A stretch of 64,000 bases of DNA. It comes from Klebsormidium nitens. Taxonomy: Eukaryota > Plantae > Klebsormidiophyceae. Below, piece after piece: positions 39,101 to 52,531 of the stretch; positions within the stretch are counted from its first letter, which is position 1, and every line of letters starts with the position of its first letter. The notes beneath the pieces are model-generated. The model had not been told where the DNA came from. It did not search any database and worked only from the letters and a program-made list of their open reading frames with translations. Position numbers and translations under genes: made by a program. The DNA is taken from NCBI GenBank assembly GCA_000708835.1, contig DF237042.1, positions 62,001 to 126,000 of the forward strand, read 5' to 3'.

Positions 39101-42100
39101 GTAGATGTCGTCAGGGGTCTTGGCTTCCATGACGTCAAGGTCACGTGCCAGAGTAAGGTAGCCCTCGCTCAGCTTGGAGTTGCTGATGATCTCTTGCAGG
39201 GCGTCGCGCTCGTCATCGCCCGCCAGGCTGATGTCACTCTCCAAGTCAAGAGCGAAACCCTGCGAAGCAAACGTTGGTCAGCGCAGATTCAACCATAACA
39301 GTTCCACCGGACCGCCTAGAGTAGGGGACGAGCTTTCGAGTCCCGGGGGGAAATTTTGGAGGCAGAGTGGCTACTTGATTGGATATTAGAAGAGAGTGGC
39401 TACTTGAATGGAAAACAACAGAGTGGCAACATGAGAAGCAGATAAGTTGTGTTATAAGGTCCGTGTCCTTCAAACAAGCACAGATGCTCGCATCATGCCT
39501 TTCTTGCCCACCCATCGACCAGCTCACTCGTTTACCGAAAGCAATGCCCATGGATGCCTTCAGTCAAACAAACAGACTCCCCTGAGACTCACATCCAGCA
39601 ACTTGCCAACACGAAGACTCGCCCAGATGACTCACTTGTCTGGCGAGGATGTACGCGAGCTGCTTCTTCTCCAGGGGGTCCTCGCACGCGGAGAAGGCCT
39701 CCGCCACAAGCTCGCTGCTGTTAAGGCGCAGCGCGGTGCGCAGGGCGTCGTCGTAATTCTTCACCTTCTTGAAGATCTTGAACGCCGTGCGCAGGACCAG
39801 GCTGTCGTCGGGCTCCGGCACGTAGCTGCAGCAGCAACAGACGGTGTGGAGAGATGTGATGAAGACAGAGTTTCAGGATATGAAATGGGTAACGGAGAAG
39901 TGAGCACGAGGTTTTGGAAGGTGACATCTGGAGTTGGAGGCAGTAGATTTTAATGTAAGAGGTGAAGTGGCTACTTTCGAAGATAAGAAGTGGATGGAGA
40001 TTCGGGAATTCGGCCAGGAAGGTCAATGCCTCTAGACTATTCTGGAGAACGGCTTCAGCTTGTCTCAACGCTCCAACATGTCCAAAACCCTAGGCAACTG
40101 TGGTGCTGACAGTTCGCAGCTCTACTGATAAGGATCGTGATCTCATAACCAGATTCAAAAGAGACACCTATGCTGAACAACCGCAAGGCATGCTGTAGAC
40201 GCGTTCCTCACGTTCGCAAACGCCGCAACCTGCGGTGATCAATAAACCGAACAATGTCGACTTCGTGATAATGTACGCCCCTCTTTTAGTGCATGACGAC
40301 AGATGACTCTTAACGGGCAAACTCGTGGTACTCCTGACACAATCGCCATCCTATGTCACAATCAGACCCAATCATTCTAAAGGAGGGACGACGGCCGCTC
40401 CTGCTCGCCTCATATACAACCTTTTCATTCTCCACGTCAGCTTTCAAAAAGCACTGTGCACCTCATCGAAACCTAAGCAGCGGAGGAACCCAAGCAGGCA
40501 AAAGCAGATCCGCAGAATCTTTTCCGGACCACCTAGACCAACTCCCAGACCGTAAACCTCCCCCCAGACAACGAATGGCGCCCCACCTGGCAAAGCTGAG
40601 CAGGTAGAGGCAGGTCCTGCGGAAGTTGTTCTCCCCCACATGCTCCATGAGCAGATCCAAACTCTCCACCTCCATCAACAAATCCACCGCTTCCGGTTCC
40701 GCATTGTGCTGCACGTGAAAGGGGATGATCTGGCGCACGAGCGCCATCAGGTCCTCTGACTTCTTTTCCTCAGCCGTCCGAACCTGGTACTCCTCTCCGA
40801 TCTCGCCCGCGAGCGTCCGGATGTACTCGTGGCCCCATGAGCCGACGTTCTCGAGGGAGCCCTTGAGGCGATAGTGTAGAGATTCCTGTGGGGTGGTGGG
40901 TTGTATCAGACTCGAGCAACCAGTATGTGGTTACTGGTCTGGTGGAACGGTGCGTTTAGGTTGCTTCTCTGATTTGCTCCTTCAAGTTCTGAACCTTTCT
41001 TCCAGTTGAGCATATGGGTAGATGGGGAAGACGACCAGTGGGGGGAAATACTGAAGCATTTGAGGAGTCCTATGTGAGGCCCTCAGAAAAGCAGCCCTTC
41101 TTGAGATGCTCACTACTAAAGTAGAGCGCACAAAGATACGCAACTCCTGCATCTGTGACAGTCCAACTGCACTGAATCAGAAGAGTTCAAGATCAGACAG
41201 GCACCGACTGAGTGCTATCTAAGTCAAAGCAAACAGTCTGACATTGAGGTGTTGCTTACCCGACTGCCTTCAGGAGACATGGTCATCGCCAGGACCGAGA
41301 GGATGTCCGCCAGCATAGTCTGCCAGAAGGGGCCATCCAAGGCATCAACATATTTGCAAAGGGTCTGTGTAGGACACTTGCTTGCTTTTCACAAAGAGAA
41401 TCCAAAGACAGGAGCAGCTCAAGATGGAAGCAACCCACCAACCACACAAGTTTTCCAACATACAACATACTGAACTTGAAGGAACTGGCTTTCTCCCGCA
41501 AGGTTTTCAAGCCAGTCACAATTGTAATCACAGCAATCGCAGTGGTGGCAGCAACTCAGCAGCAACTCACTTTGTTTTCTGACGGCTTGAGCGCCTCATA
41601 GCAGGCCTTCAGCGTGTCATAATGAGGTCGCAGGAACTTGAGGGGCTTGGGCACCGACGTCATAGAACTGGTCGAGTCTTTGATCTCAGTCCTGCAGTAC
41701 CGAAATGGGCCTAGCTGAATGCACGTGACCAGACGTCTCCAAAGATCGTCGGACATTTGTTTGCATGAGTCTTCGCTAACCAGTTGAAAAATCCCAACCT
41801 AACACCGTAAGAAAACCTTTTACCGTGCAACGACCGCACACCACCGCCAATTGCCAGGACTGACGACTCCAGTCAGCTTTTTATAAGCTGGAGTACGTCG
41901 ACTGCTCTGCATGAGTCCCTATGCAAGTGAGCTGGCAACACTGATCATACTACACAGAAGCTGAACACCTAAGATTCAGTACTGAAAGCGAGGAGTCAAA
42001 CGGTACCTCAATTGTTCCAGCGCAAGTTTCTGCACTCCCGCCTCCTTGTCCTGCACTCTTTCCACCATAAGCTCCAGGTTCTCTTTAAGCGCTGCGTCTT

Positions 42101-42677
42101 CTTCACTCTGCAAAGCATCGCCAGTGAAAGCCATCGACTTGTGCCTTAGGTGCTTGCAATGAATCAAAAAGCACTACTGAGGAACTTTTTGCCATCAGCA
42201 CATGCACATACACGGGGTGGTGCAGCTAAGTTTTTTTCCCACATGCTTTAGTGAGAGCCAAACTTCACTGGCGGGCCTGATCATCATTCTGATGGAGCTT
42301 GTTGTGAGGATCCGACACCCTGATGATTGATGGATCAGCCGCTCCACTAAATTCGGGCGCCCTCAAAGATTCAGGCGCATTTGGAGATAAATGGTAAGAA
42401 AGCCAACTGCACACTGACAAAACTGAAACATCGTGGTGGTCAGCAAGAAAAATTATCCAGCCCGAGAGCTGACACGATTGACGAGCAGCAGCTCAATGAA
42501 GACGAGGAGCAGGTTAGGGGTTCTGCTCACCAGATCCTCTTCCTTCTCATCCTTCTTCTTCTTGGCGTCTTTATCCTTCTGAGGAGCGTCCTTCTTAGCA
42601 TCTTTGACGGTGTCAGACACCGGCTTGTCCTCATCCATCTTGTCCTTCTTCACATCCTCTTTCTCAGGAGCGCCCAT
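33106..42677 (-). CDS. RPN1: 26S proteasome non-ATPase regulatory subunit 2 (RPN1/PSMD2)
   Basis: About 14 exons with hallmark peptides [106 protein letters not shown] and [30 protein letters not shown]; TAG at 33106-33108. Confidence 0.98.
34530..35500 (-). repeat. Intronic array of duplicated 3' splice site + exon-start units (GCAG|CGTGATGGACAC) within RPN1
   Basis: True acceptor AG at 34553-34552. Copies have their AG at 34689-34688 (partial), 34779-34778, 35175-35174, 35260-35259 and 35352-35351. The block 35340-35495 is a diverged duplicate of 34540-34680. Confidence 0.9.
38444..38470 (+). repeat. Intronic 7-bp tandem repeat (GAAGATA)x~4
   Basis: Read directly in an RPN1 intron. Confidence 0.9.
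39364..39434 (+). repeat. Intronic short direct repeats AGAGTGGCTACTTGA x2 plus one degenerate copy, ~28-bp spacing
   Basis: Copies at 39364-39378, 39393-39407 and 39420-39434. Confidence 0.8.
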
Positions 42678-43301
42678 GGTGGCAATTGGCTGCGCAAACA
42701 ATCAGAGCAGAACAGCCAAGCGAGTCGGGCGTTGCTACCTGAGTGGTTTCAGTACAAGCACAATTGCACAGTGCTTAACAGGCAACCTCCAGGCCCTTCA
42801 ATGTTTTCCAGGCCCTTAAAAATGAACGTTTCTGCGGCTTCTGCTTGATCTGATTCTCGAACGGAGACAGACCAGGCGAAATTCGCCAATTTTGATAGCC
42901 TGAGGAGCTCCTTCCCAGCTTCTGCTTCTTTAGGCGACCGACTAGAGTTAGAAAAAGGCAAGCTGGTCGCTGGTTCACTTAGGCACCACAGTGGGAGTCC
43001 ATCATCGGACGCTTTACAATGCGCCCGGAGCTCATCGACGGCTTTGAAGCAATTTGGACTCCAACAACATTGACAACGACGTGGCCCTGCTCAAATTTTC
43101 CTAAAACAAAAGGGCAGCAGCAGCAGCAAGGGCGGCTATTTGGTTCCTCTTCCAAGATCGCTCCTAAAAGGGATTTTTCTGACTGTATCACAGAAGGAGA
43201 AGACGCCTTCTCGATAGAAGGTTTGGAAGAGTGGCGATTTTGCAGGCAGGCGCTGAACTTTATCAGGCTTTGTGCTGGTATAGGCGCCCTTCAGTATAAG
43301 G
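42678..43301. promoter_or_regulatory. Compact bidirectional promoter/5' UTR region between RPN1 and NDUFV1
   Basis: The divergent ATGs are 624 bp apart. An acceptor-like TTTGCGCAG just upstream of the RPN1 ATG suggests a 5'-UTR intron. Confidence 0.6.
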
Positions 43302-46221
43302 ATGGATCAGCTGCTCCGGGCCACTGGAAAGGTGGCTCGGAGTCGGTTCCCACGCGAAGCTGTCCTGAGGGCACTAGGGGTGGGCGCAGAACAGACCCCT
43401 AGAACTGGATGCAGATCTTTTTCTGCCACCACGCCTCCGACTCCACCCGCTGAAGTGAACAAGGATAAGGCAGTTGGTTCCACGGCAGAGGCAAAGAAAG
43501 ATGGGACCGCGCCTCCTCCGCCCCCGCCGCCCCCTCCAGAGAAGACTTCGTTTGGGGGCCTGAAAGATGAGGACCGCATCTTCACCAACCTGTATGGTTT
43601 GCACGATCCCTACCTCAAGGGGGCCATGAAGCGGGGTGACTGGCACCAGACCAAGGTAAGTAGCTGTGAGTTGATCTCCTGTTCGTGGATGGTCTGGAAG
43701 TCATTTAGGAACGTCCGTTCAGTCAACACTTGCGCTGCCAACACAGAATTACCGGATTACAGTCTGCTTTGCCTCATCACCAATACTACTCAATAGGGTT
43801 GCTGGCAATGCTGCTAAGTGTTGATTGGAATTCGGATTAACCAGATACCTGCAGAATATATGCAGAGGCATCCAAATGGGTCCATGCTTGTGCCGCGCTT
43901 GCGGTCAAAGCTGTTGATGGATTTCAGAGGTTGCAGTTTTCTCCATTCATTTCGTCGGACATATTTGTTGGCCACCTACGCAGGATTTTTTTGGGCAGCC
44001 GCATGTGCAGCACTCTATCATTATGAAGGTCTTTGTTCATACAAGCTGAGCTGCTTTTCAAAAAGTTGGGAAAAAAGAGTTTCTTTCCATCGTCTTCAAT
44101 CTGTGCAGGCAGTTGATCACATCTCCTGGTTCATTACTGCTTTACAACAGGAACCAGCGAATTTTCCCAATTCTTCTCTCACTTCGGCAAGGCATCTCCC
44201 CAAGCTACTTACATAAGTCCAGGGGTGATAAGAAGGGACAGGTGCTTGTAACTATCATACTTGGCATGGGGTACGAACACATCCCATTGACCACGCCCCA
44301 TTCTCCATTGCAGGAGCTAGTTCTCAAGGGCCCGGACTGGATCGTCGGCGAGATCAAGAAGTCTGGTCTGCGAGGACGCGGCGGCGCTGGCTTCCCCTCT
44401 GGCCTCAAGTGGTCCTTCATGCCCAAGGCGTCAGACGGGAGGCCGTCTTACTTGGTGGTCAACGCAGATGAGTCTGAGCCTGGGACCTGCAAGGACAGAG
44501 AGATCATGCGCCACGATCCTCACAAGCTCCTGGAGGGGTGCCTTATTGCGGGAACGGCCATGAGGGCACGCGCGGCGTACATCTACATCCGGGGGGAGTA
44601 CGTGAATGAGCGGCTGGCACTGGAGAAGGCGAGGCAGGAGGCCTACAAAGCAGGTAAGGGCGCCGCTGTGCTTTTTGACAGGTGACAAAACCCGTGTTAT
44701 GATATTTGAGGTTTGTATTTTTTCCTGCTCATCTCCTTCGCTGTGATCAATATCAATATATATCGCTGTGACCAAACCATGACCATCAGGCGCTGACAGT
44801 GGTTGTGCCCTTCGAAGGCTGCTTTCCAGCGTTTGGACATCACCTTCACTGCCTACCATTTCGACAACTGCTTAATTAGCACTTGCACTCACTTTTCAGC
44901 TTCCTAAACCTGCCAATCAGCCCTATTTCCTTCCCCCTCTTTCTTTCTTTGCCCATCATGCTTTTGCTTCTCGCTCTTGTTGACATACTCCCCCCCTTGC
45001 CCCAGGCCTGCTCGGCAACAATGCAGCCGGCAGTGGCAAGGACTTTGACGTGTACATCCACTTTGGCGCGGGCGCCTACATCTGCGGCGAGGAGACCGCG
45101 CTCCTGGAGTCGCTCGAGGGCAAGCAGGGCAAGCCGCGCCTGAAGCCCCCCTTCCCCGCCAACGTCGGCCTCTACGGCTGCCCGTCCACCGTAACCAACG
45201 TGGAAACGGTTGCGGTGGCCCCGACCATCCTGCGCCGTGGGCCCGAGTGGTTCTCCAGCTTCGGGCGCAAGAACAACTCGGGCACGAAGCTGTTCTGCAT
45301 CTCGGGCCACGTGAACAAGCCGTGCACCGTCGAGGAGGAGATGAGCATCCCGCTCAAGGAGCTGATCGAGCGGCACGCGGGCGGGGTGCGGGGCGGGTGG
45401 GACAACCTGCTGGCCATCATTCCGGGGGGGTCGTCCGTTCCGTTGCTGCCGAAGAAGGTGTGTGACGACATCATGATGGACTTTGACGCGCTCAAGGCGG
45501 TGCAGTCGGGGCTCGGGACGGCGGCGGTGATTGTGATGGACAAGAGCACGGACGTGGTCGACGCGATCGCGCGGCTGGCGTACTTCTACAAGCACGAGAG
45601 CTGCGGGCAGTGCACGCCGTGCCGCGAGGGGACGGGCTGGCTGTGGAGCATCCTGGAGAGGATGAAGGTGAGGCCGACCGCAGGAAGGAAGCGAGATTTG
45701 TCCACGTCCATCCTTTTAGGCATGCATGCGTGCTGTTGTCTATGAAGACCTGGTCTACAGATGCCTGTTTGCGCGCCAGTGACTTGCGGCGGAGTGGACG
45801 TGGACAGCGGATCTTGGTCTGCTTGCGCATGTTACACTTGCAACACGCTGGTTTTCGTTCGCGGGCTTATTTGGTTGAGCGGCCTTATCGGGAAGAAGAT
45901 GGTCATCCCTCCGCAATCGCCTACTCTCTGTGCATCAAGATTTGTATTCGGCAGTGCCTCGTTTTAAACGGATAGAACAGCAATCAATGACAATCATTGC
46001 GCTTTCTCCAGGTGGGCGATGCCAAGCTGGAGGAGATCGACATGTTGCAGGAGATTACGAAGCAGATTGAGGGCCACACTATTTGCGCTCTTGGCGACGC
46101 GGCTGCTTGGCCCGTCCAGGGTTTGATCAGGCACTTCCGACCCGAGCTGGAGCGCAGGATTTTGGACCGTGCTGCGCGCGAGAGGGAGGAGGAGCCGGAA
46201 GAGAGGTTGGCGGTGGCATAA
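43302..46221 (+). CDS. NDUFV1: NADH:ubiquinone oxidoreductase 51-kDa FMN subunit (complex I)
   Basis: Exons 43302-43655, 44314-44653, 45006-45667 and 46012-46221. Motifs [45 protein letters not shown] and the 4Fe-4S motif [11 protein letters not shown]...TICALGD; N-terminal mitochondrial presequence. Confidence 0.98.
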
Positions 46222-47885
46222 TGCATCCAGGCAATACATAGCAGCAAAACGAAGGTCCAAATATTGTCGAATATCAGAAGGGAGGTACGCTGGTGGTATG
46301 ACAGGGGTGATTGTTCGGCTGGAGAGGTACTAAATGTCAACCATCGTGCGATCACGGACCTTTTCAAAGCAGAACCGGTTTAGTCAGCTTGGGGTGCTTG
46401 TACGGGGAACCCTTCTACCAATGCCACGCATGTTGCTTCACTAGTTCCCTTACCGCAGGCCAAACATACATTTTGTGAAGTTTCAAGCTTCCCCAGTCGA
46501 TCCAAATATGTCAGTCGATTCTTGAGCCACATGGTCAACCTAAGGCTCCAGGCTTTCGTACCCGACCAGTTGGACCCAACTTGGCGACTGAGCTTGTAGT
46601 CTGAGGCTCAAGAAAGCAAAAAATGCTGGACTGCAAACGGCCAGATGCACATGCTCGGAGGGAAGTTTGTATTGTATGCATGATAGAAGGTTCACTCAGA
46701 TGGCATCAAGCTCTTGATACTGGAACGTGATCAGACGAATTGCAGCCCATGCAGTGTAATCGTCATTATAAGTTATCTACGCGGCACTGTGCATGCAACT
46801 TGTCTATCGCAGCTAGTATCCCCGGCCGGGCCATGCACCTTTTATATAATCCGTTCAGTTATTGAGCAGGCTCGTGATAAGTTGCATGTGCAAATCATAC
46901 TATGGCTAAAATCATTGATCTTACATAATTAATATGTTCCGACGTTTTGATTCGCATTACCGTAACATTGAATCATTTCTATATAAAGGATTTGTACATA
47001 TGTATATATGTCTGATCGATCGAGCGCCAATAATAAGACGTTCGGGCATTCAATTGTTGAGTCATATATATTGGGCCGCGGCATGGCGGCCCCCTGTACG
47101 TACCGTCCTACATACCATGCATGCATGGTGCACTGAGGCCGCCCTAGCTCTAGTGCGGCGGCAGTGTACCGCCCGCCCATTGATTGATTGGTTGGATCAT
47201 TGCCCATGCATTAAACCTAGTTCGCCGCGCTGAAGTGCGCTGGAATCGCTGCATGCACAAGCTTCGTGCAGATACTTGATTATGCATTTGTGAAATTACA
47301 GTCATATTTTAAAAATCATGATGGCACTGTTATCGAATGTTCAACACTGGTGAGCTTAATTGATGCAATTCAATTTAGCTTACTTTCTATTACTTTTCAG
47401 GATATGCATATGGATTGGACGGTTACTTGAGGAGACCGGCTCCGATGATCGAATCTGGCATATTGAGCGATGTCGGGCACGTATCTAACATGGATGGTGC
47501 CGCCGTATAGGCTGGCCGGGCACGTGCCAAGTTGCAACGTATGGGCCTGTTGCAACGCAGTTTCACATGGCTGGCCTCCACGACTTCCTCGGGTGCTGCT
47601 TAGTGGCTGATGACGAGTCATGCATGCATATAAGTGACAAAGCGACCTATCGCGACATCAGCTCAGAAGTAAGCGTTGGCTGAACAAAATACAAAATAGC
47701 AGCGAGGTACTGGACTCGGGATCAGATTCGGATTGACCGTTGCGTGCTGCATAACCTTGAAGAACAATATCAAAATGGAACAAGCTCAGAGCAGGCTTCT
47801 ACCCGCTATTGCCATTCTTAGGTACACTACACCTCCGCTCAATGGGGCAGCGATTGTAAAGGGTATACAAGGAACGAATGGTCGT

Positions 47886-50800
47886 CTAAGCTACAGGCTC
47901 TGGAATCTCCTCCCCGCCCTCTAATTCTTGGTCGAAATGCCACACACCGTAACCCTTTCCAACCCGCCTGAGCTGTCGCACCTGCTCGGCAGTCCGCTTC
48001 AACTTCTCAATCTGCAGAACGAAGAGCCTTGATAAGTGAGTTATGTAAAGAAAACAGACGGCAGCTTCTGATCAGGCGGGCTTGAAAAAGAGCCTTTAAC
48101 AACGGTTTGACTCAAGTCTCGAGCTTCTTGCTGAACGCGTCGTTATTGGATGAGCTGCTTCAGTTCTTTCCCAGATATTCGGTTCTTAGCAGGTCAAAAG
48201 AGGGGGTTTCTGCAAACCATTCCTTTGGTACGTCGTATTTCCTGATTGCTCGCTTCAAATGTTATATCATGCAATCCCGGACGGTTCGTCGACAATGCCG
48301 GATGGAACATACGAAAGATCCAAGCTGATAAGGCAAACTGTAAGCAAACATTTGAGCTTAGGAGCGACTCCGAAGATCCACAAGGAAGCCTTCCGTTTGA
48401 GACTAATAACCAGCCTCGGAGTGTCAATCCGGGTTGGGTTTGTGCCTGGAGTTTCTGACGAGCCCGTAGCAGCAGATGAGCGCAAAGCAACTTGCCCCAT
48501 CTCAATGGTTACTCAACCACAGAAAAGCAGCAATTCCTTGGAAGGCCTCCACCTGATGTCTAGCTCTTACCTGGGGATGCAAGTATGTGCTCTTCACGTA
48601 GTCGTCCGCTTGGGGATCGCCGACCTCCGCAATCGCCTGAGCAAACGAGCAGAGACGCGAGAGTCAGAGGTTGAAAATCTCAGTGCAGAGGAGCTACCAG
48701 AGATCCGGCGCACATTGCATCAGTGCAGATCGTTTAACAACAACGGGAACGATCTTAAGGGCCCCGGGGGAACGTCCGACTCCTCGAACCATGCCCCCCA
48801 CGCCAGGAGGCCTCGTCCAGATAAGACAAGACTCAAATCTCGTCCACTCAACCAAGCATGATTTCGGACACTCTGATGCGCGAATCTGAGGTTCATATCG
48901 ATATTGCTCCCGAAAGTGCTTCTTTGTTCTCAATTCCCAGGTTCTCTGCCATCTTCATTGCTTGCCCCTATAAAAAGATTAGTAGTTAAATACCTTTCTA
49001 AGTAGGACAGCTTTTGAGTCAAATCCAGAAAGGGGGTCACATCGATCTTGCTTCGCAGCCCACTGTACACAATTGCAATCCACGATGCTTGTCCCGAGTA
49101 CAACCCCAAACAGAACGAAAACTGCTCAGTGGATCTTATACACAGGGAAACGACTGTCTGCTGTTGGGTTCTTTTAGATCAATCTGCTTCCGATTGGATA
49201 CAACTAAGCAGCCAAACAATTGGAATACAAACCACAGATGCCGCGCGGACTGCATCATGTTCGCTATGTCAGTATCACTATGCCCTCTCTGAAAGGACTG
49301 GCTTCTGCCCTCATACCAGTATTGCATCCAGAATTGACACATCGGCCCAGAAGAACGTGTGATACCCACAACTTATAAGCCGCCTCAGCGTCTGCAAGGC
49401 AGCAATGTAGCTACGATCCTGAACAGAGAAAGCTCCAGCGGCCTGGATCGTCCAGACTCTCATCTCCATATTGCGAAAATCTTAAAAGCGGTCTCACCGC
49501 CTGCAGTGCAAGGTACTTTTCGTTCTGGATCTTCTCCAAGCCAAGCGCCAGCTCAAACGTGTTGAGCGCGTCCCCCTTCTCGGGATCGTCGAACTCGCTG
49601 AAGGGCGCCTGCAGCGGCAGCAGCTGCACTCGTCCTCCCCTCCGATTCTGGTAGTCCGTCAGCTTGAGCGCGTCATCCAGCTCGTATTTGCTTCGGTCAT
49701 AAAAGTACCTGTTTGACAACAAGGGGCCGAAGACTCAGTCGAAAGAGGTCGTCAGCGAGAGACTGCGAAGTTGAGAGGTGCGGCCTGGGAATGCACTGTT
49801 CAGCTTGTATTTGCTCTGGCTATAGGAACACTTGCGTGGAGGCCTCTCAATGCTCTTGAAAGAGGACCGGGAGGGTAGTTTGCAAAGCGTCCAAAGAGGC
49901 AATGTTGGAGCATTGGCTATACTCGGGGGGGCCTCTCTTGAGGCTGTCGGTTTTGATGTCGATTCATGCAGGAGCGACTGTGTTAACCGACTCGTTCTTC
50001 CTCTTGATAGGGAATACAGCTCAATATGTACTGAGGAACTCCATCCAGAGTTGGCTTCTCATTCAACTACATGAAGCTGAGGTAAAGGAAGGTCCTTTTT
50101 GAAGGTAGGGGCACTCTTGAATTTGGTGACTATTCTAGTTTCAGTGGATAATTCGGACGCACACTTGCGCTCTGGGCACAACTGGCTGTCAAGAACATGG
50201 TCAATAGTCGGAATGTGTACCGCTTGAGAATGCTCGAAGGCTAGGGCGACGCTGACAATCAGCGTCGGAGCCCTCAAATTTGGAAGGAATGTTGGATGTA
50301 CAACAGCATTGCCATTTTCCTAAATCAGTCAGACGTTCTAATCATTATCGAAAAAGGTTGGAGAATAATATCTCAAAAGCTCTTGTCTTTATCAATTCTC
50401 CAGCGGGCACCTAACGCAATATTCCCGAACTAGCGGCGAGGACTTGAGTCACTCACTTGGCGACGTTCTGAAGCGCGATGTTGTCCCGATCGAAGAAGGC
50501 CGCCATGCTGTGGAATGCATAGCTGAGCGTATATGCAACATTGATTGAGTCATTGATGGCGGTCTCCGTGTCTGGAGAGTAGCGCTGCCTGGCCAGCGAT
50601 GTGTCGTTGCCTCGTTGGTCCACAAGGTCAAGGATGCCAGACTCTTGAAGATCCTGCAGAAAAGTATCCAGGCTTCATCGCTGACTTCCTTGCGGTGGTT
50701 TGAAACAATATCCAGGTAGTTCTGGAGCAAGCTGTCTCAGTACAAATGACTGGTTGTAAGCGAAACTTTACGGCTTCTTCAAACGAGAAAAGTCAATACC

Positions 50801-51691
50801 ATGGCCACATGAGCTCGTATTTACAGCATACATGAACGACCATCCAGCGCAGGCGCCACATCCTGCACAGGACCTTTCTCTTGGGGGTCACCGTCAACAA
50901 TTATCCCGCCACACTCTCTGGTTTGGTGCCTCTGAAAGTGGACCACTTGGTAACATTGCCACTAGGTTTTCAAGAATATGTATCATAATGAGCAAAGGCT
51001 CAGATTCCTCATGACTTTCTAAATAACAAGGCTCCTCAGTAAGCCCAACTTTGATGAAGGGTGAACATGTCTCACAATTGCATGCACACAACCTATACAC
51101 GCTTGTCAGAATCATCTGCATTGAAATGACAAGCCAGCTGTTACTAAAGCCAATTCATAGAATCAATTGACACCCCCCAAACTCAAAATGGCAATACTAA
51201 ACAGCTGCTGTGGTTGGCATTCCTAGTGCCAAAAAAACATATATGGACAGAGAATCAAGAAGCATACAATAGGTGCGGTACAATGTCAATAAGAGAATGG
51301 AAATAGCTGATGCATGCACAATGCCGAAGATATATCACGCTAGAAAAAACGGCTTCTTGATCAGAACTGTACGGCATACTTGCTACAAAGAGATGCAGCT
51401 TACCTGCATCGGCCTGAAAATCTCGCCCCCAAGCACCTCTTCGCTAATTTCTTCTGTACTTCCAGCCGACACGGTTTCTAAGTCCCGATAGCTGGAGTTG
51501 CCATCTGCTGCTGCCACGATCGAAGCGCAACGTCTCCTTGAGTTAAACATGAATGGCGCGCGCTGCTTCATGAAAGCTGGCGCAACTCCTGTTGAGGACC
51601 TCACAGCATTCTGAGAGGTGGTACAAGAGGCAGGAGAGAATGCCAAAGCTTGTAGGTTCAGCACACCAGCGTGCGCCAGTGAAAACGCCAT
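47886..51691 (-). CDS. FER: Plastid-type ferritin with a degenerate ferroxidase centre
   Basis: Exons 51691-51404, 50653-50457, 49708-49498, 48636-48571 and 48011-47886 are phase-consistent. The core is gaplessly colinear with plant ferritin ([53 protein letters not shown]) and includes a transit peptide and extension peptide. Confidence 0.95.
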
Positions 51692-52531
51692 AGCTGCGGC
51701 GCAGATCTGAAACGAACCCTGATCTTTACAATGGCCAACCGTGCTGCCGCCCAGAAACAAGATTACAGTCTTCTCTTTAACTCCTTGTATGCTGGCGTCA
51801 AAGAGAAGCTGGAATTGGGACACTGTCAGTGTCAACATGGCAAACGTCAGGTTTGTGCATGCAGAGCACACGCCGAAATCTACCGTCGAGAACGCCACTG
51901 ATGATGATCGGAGCGCGTAGAAGTAGCCACGTAACCTACAAACTTCGGGCGAGGTCCTTGGCGCGTCACCTTATCAGTGAGCGGTTGCCACCGGATGCAG
52001 AACTCTGCTGGTGTAGTGCAGGGTGTCGCTATACTAGGTTTATAGACCTATTAGGTATGGCCGGTATTACACAGGAGCTCCTCTAAGTTGCTCTATCTAA
52101 TTAGGCAGGATAGGGCCCCAAATGATGCCCTCCCCATCCGAGCTTAAACTTAGCTCTTGAGAGCTCATTCAGCAACTCTTTGGGCCACAGCGCCTAGGTT
52201 CTTTGCGGTGGCATTCAGTATCTGGTGCAGCTCGTCTGGCCTGCCCATTGCCTAGCTTTCGGAGAGCTGCGTGGACTTCGCTTCACTTCATGAGCTTCGC
52301 GTCTGAAGCATTCAGATTGCTTTTACTTCGAAAGTCTTATCCCTTCAGCTTTGAAGGGCGTACCTTTGCATCAAGCTGAGAGTCCGATCAATTGCTTTCT
52401 TGGAAAGCCAGATCACAGCGGCGTATGTCATGGTGCCATTGATCTCAGAGGCACACTTCGAAGACCAGATGCTTGGGGGGTTTGCCACATAATCAAAGCC
52501 TGGGTATTCAGACGAGGCTTAGAAGGGAGTC

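Noticed and set aside
43019-43402. 127-aa ATG ORF overlapping the NDUFV1 start out of frame
   Set aside because: It has no recognisable motifs and begins where the divergent RPN1 leader/promoter is expected, so it is probably upstream of the NDUFV1 TSS.
44876-45595. Long antisense ORFs (also 36382-36873, 39447-39953, 20051-20425 and similar)
   Set aside because: These are reverse-strand shadows of high-GC3 exons of NDUFV1, RPN1 and the DUF4551-like gene.
50232-50241. GCTCGAAGGC, the Chlamydomonas tubulin-box-like flagellar promoter motif
   Set aside because: It is a single copy in a ferritin intron, more than 2 kb from the flagellar gene start, and is expected by chance.
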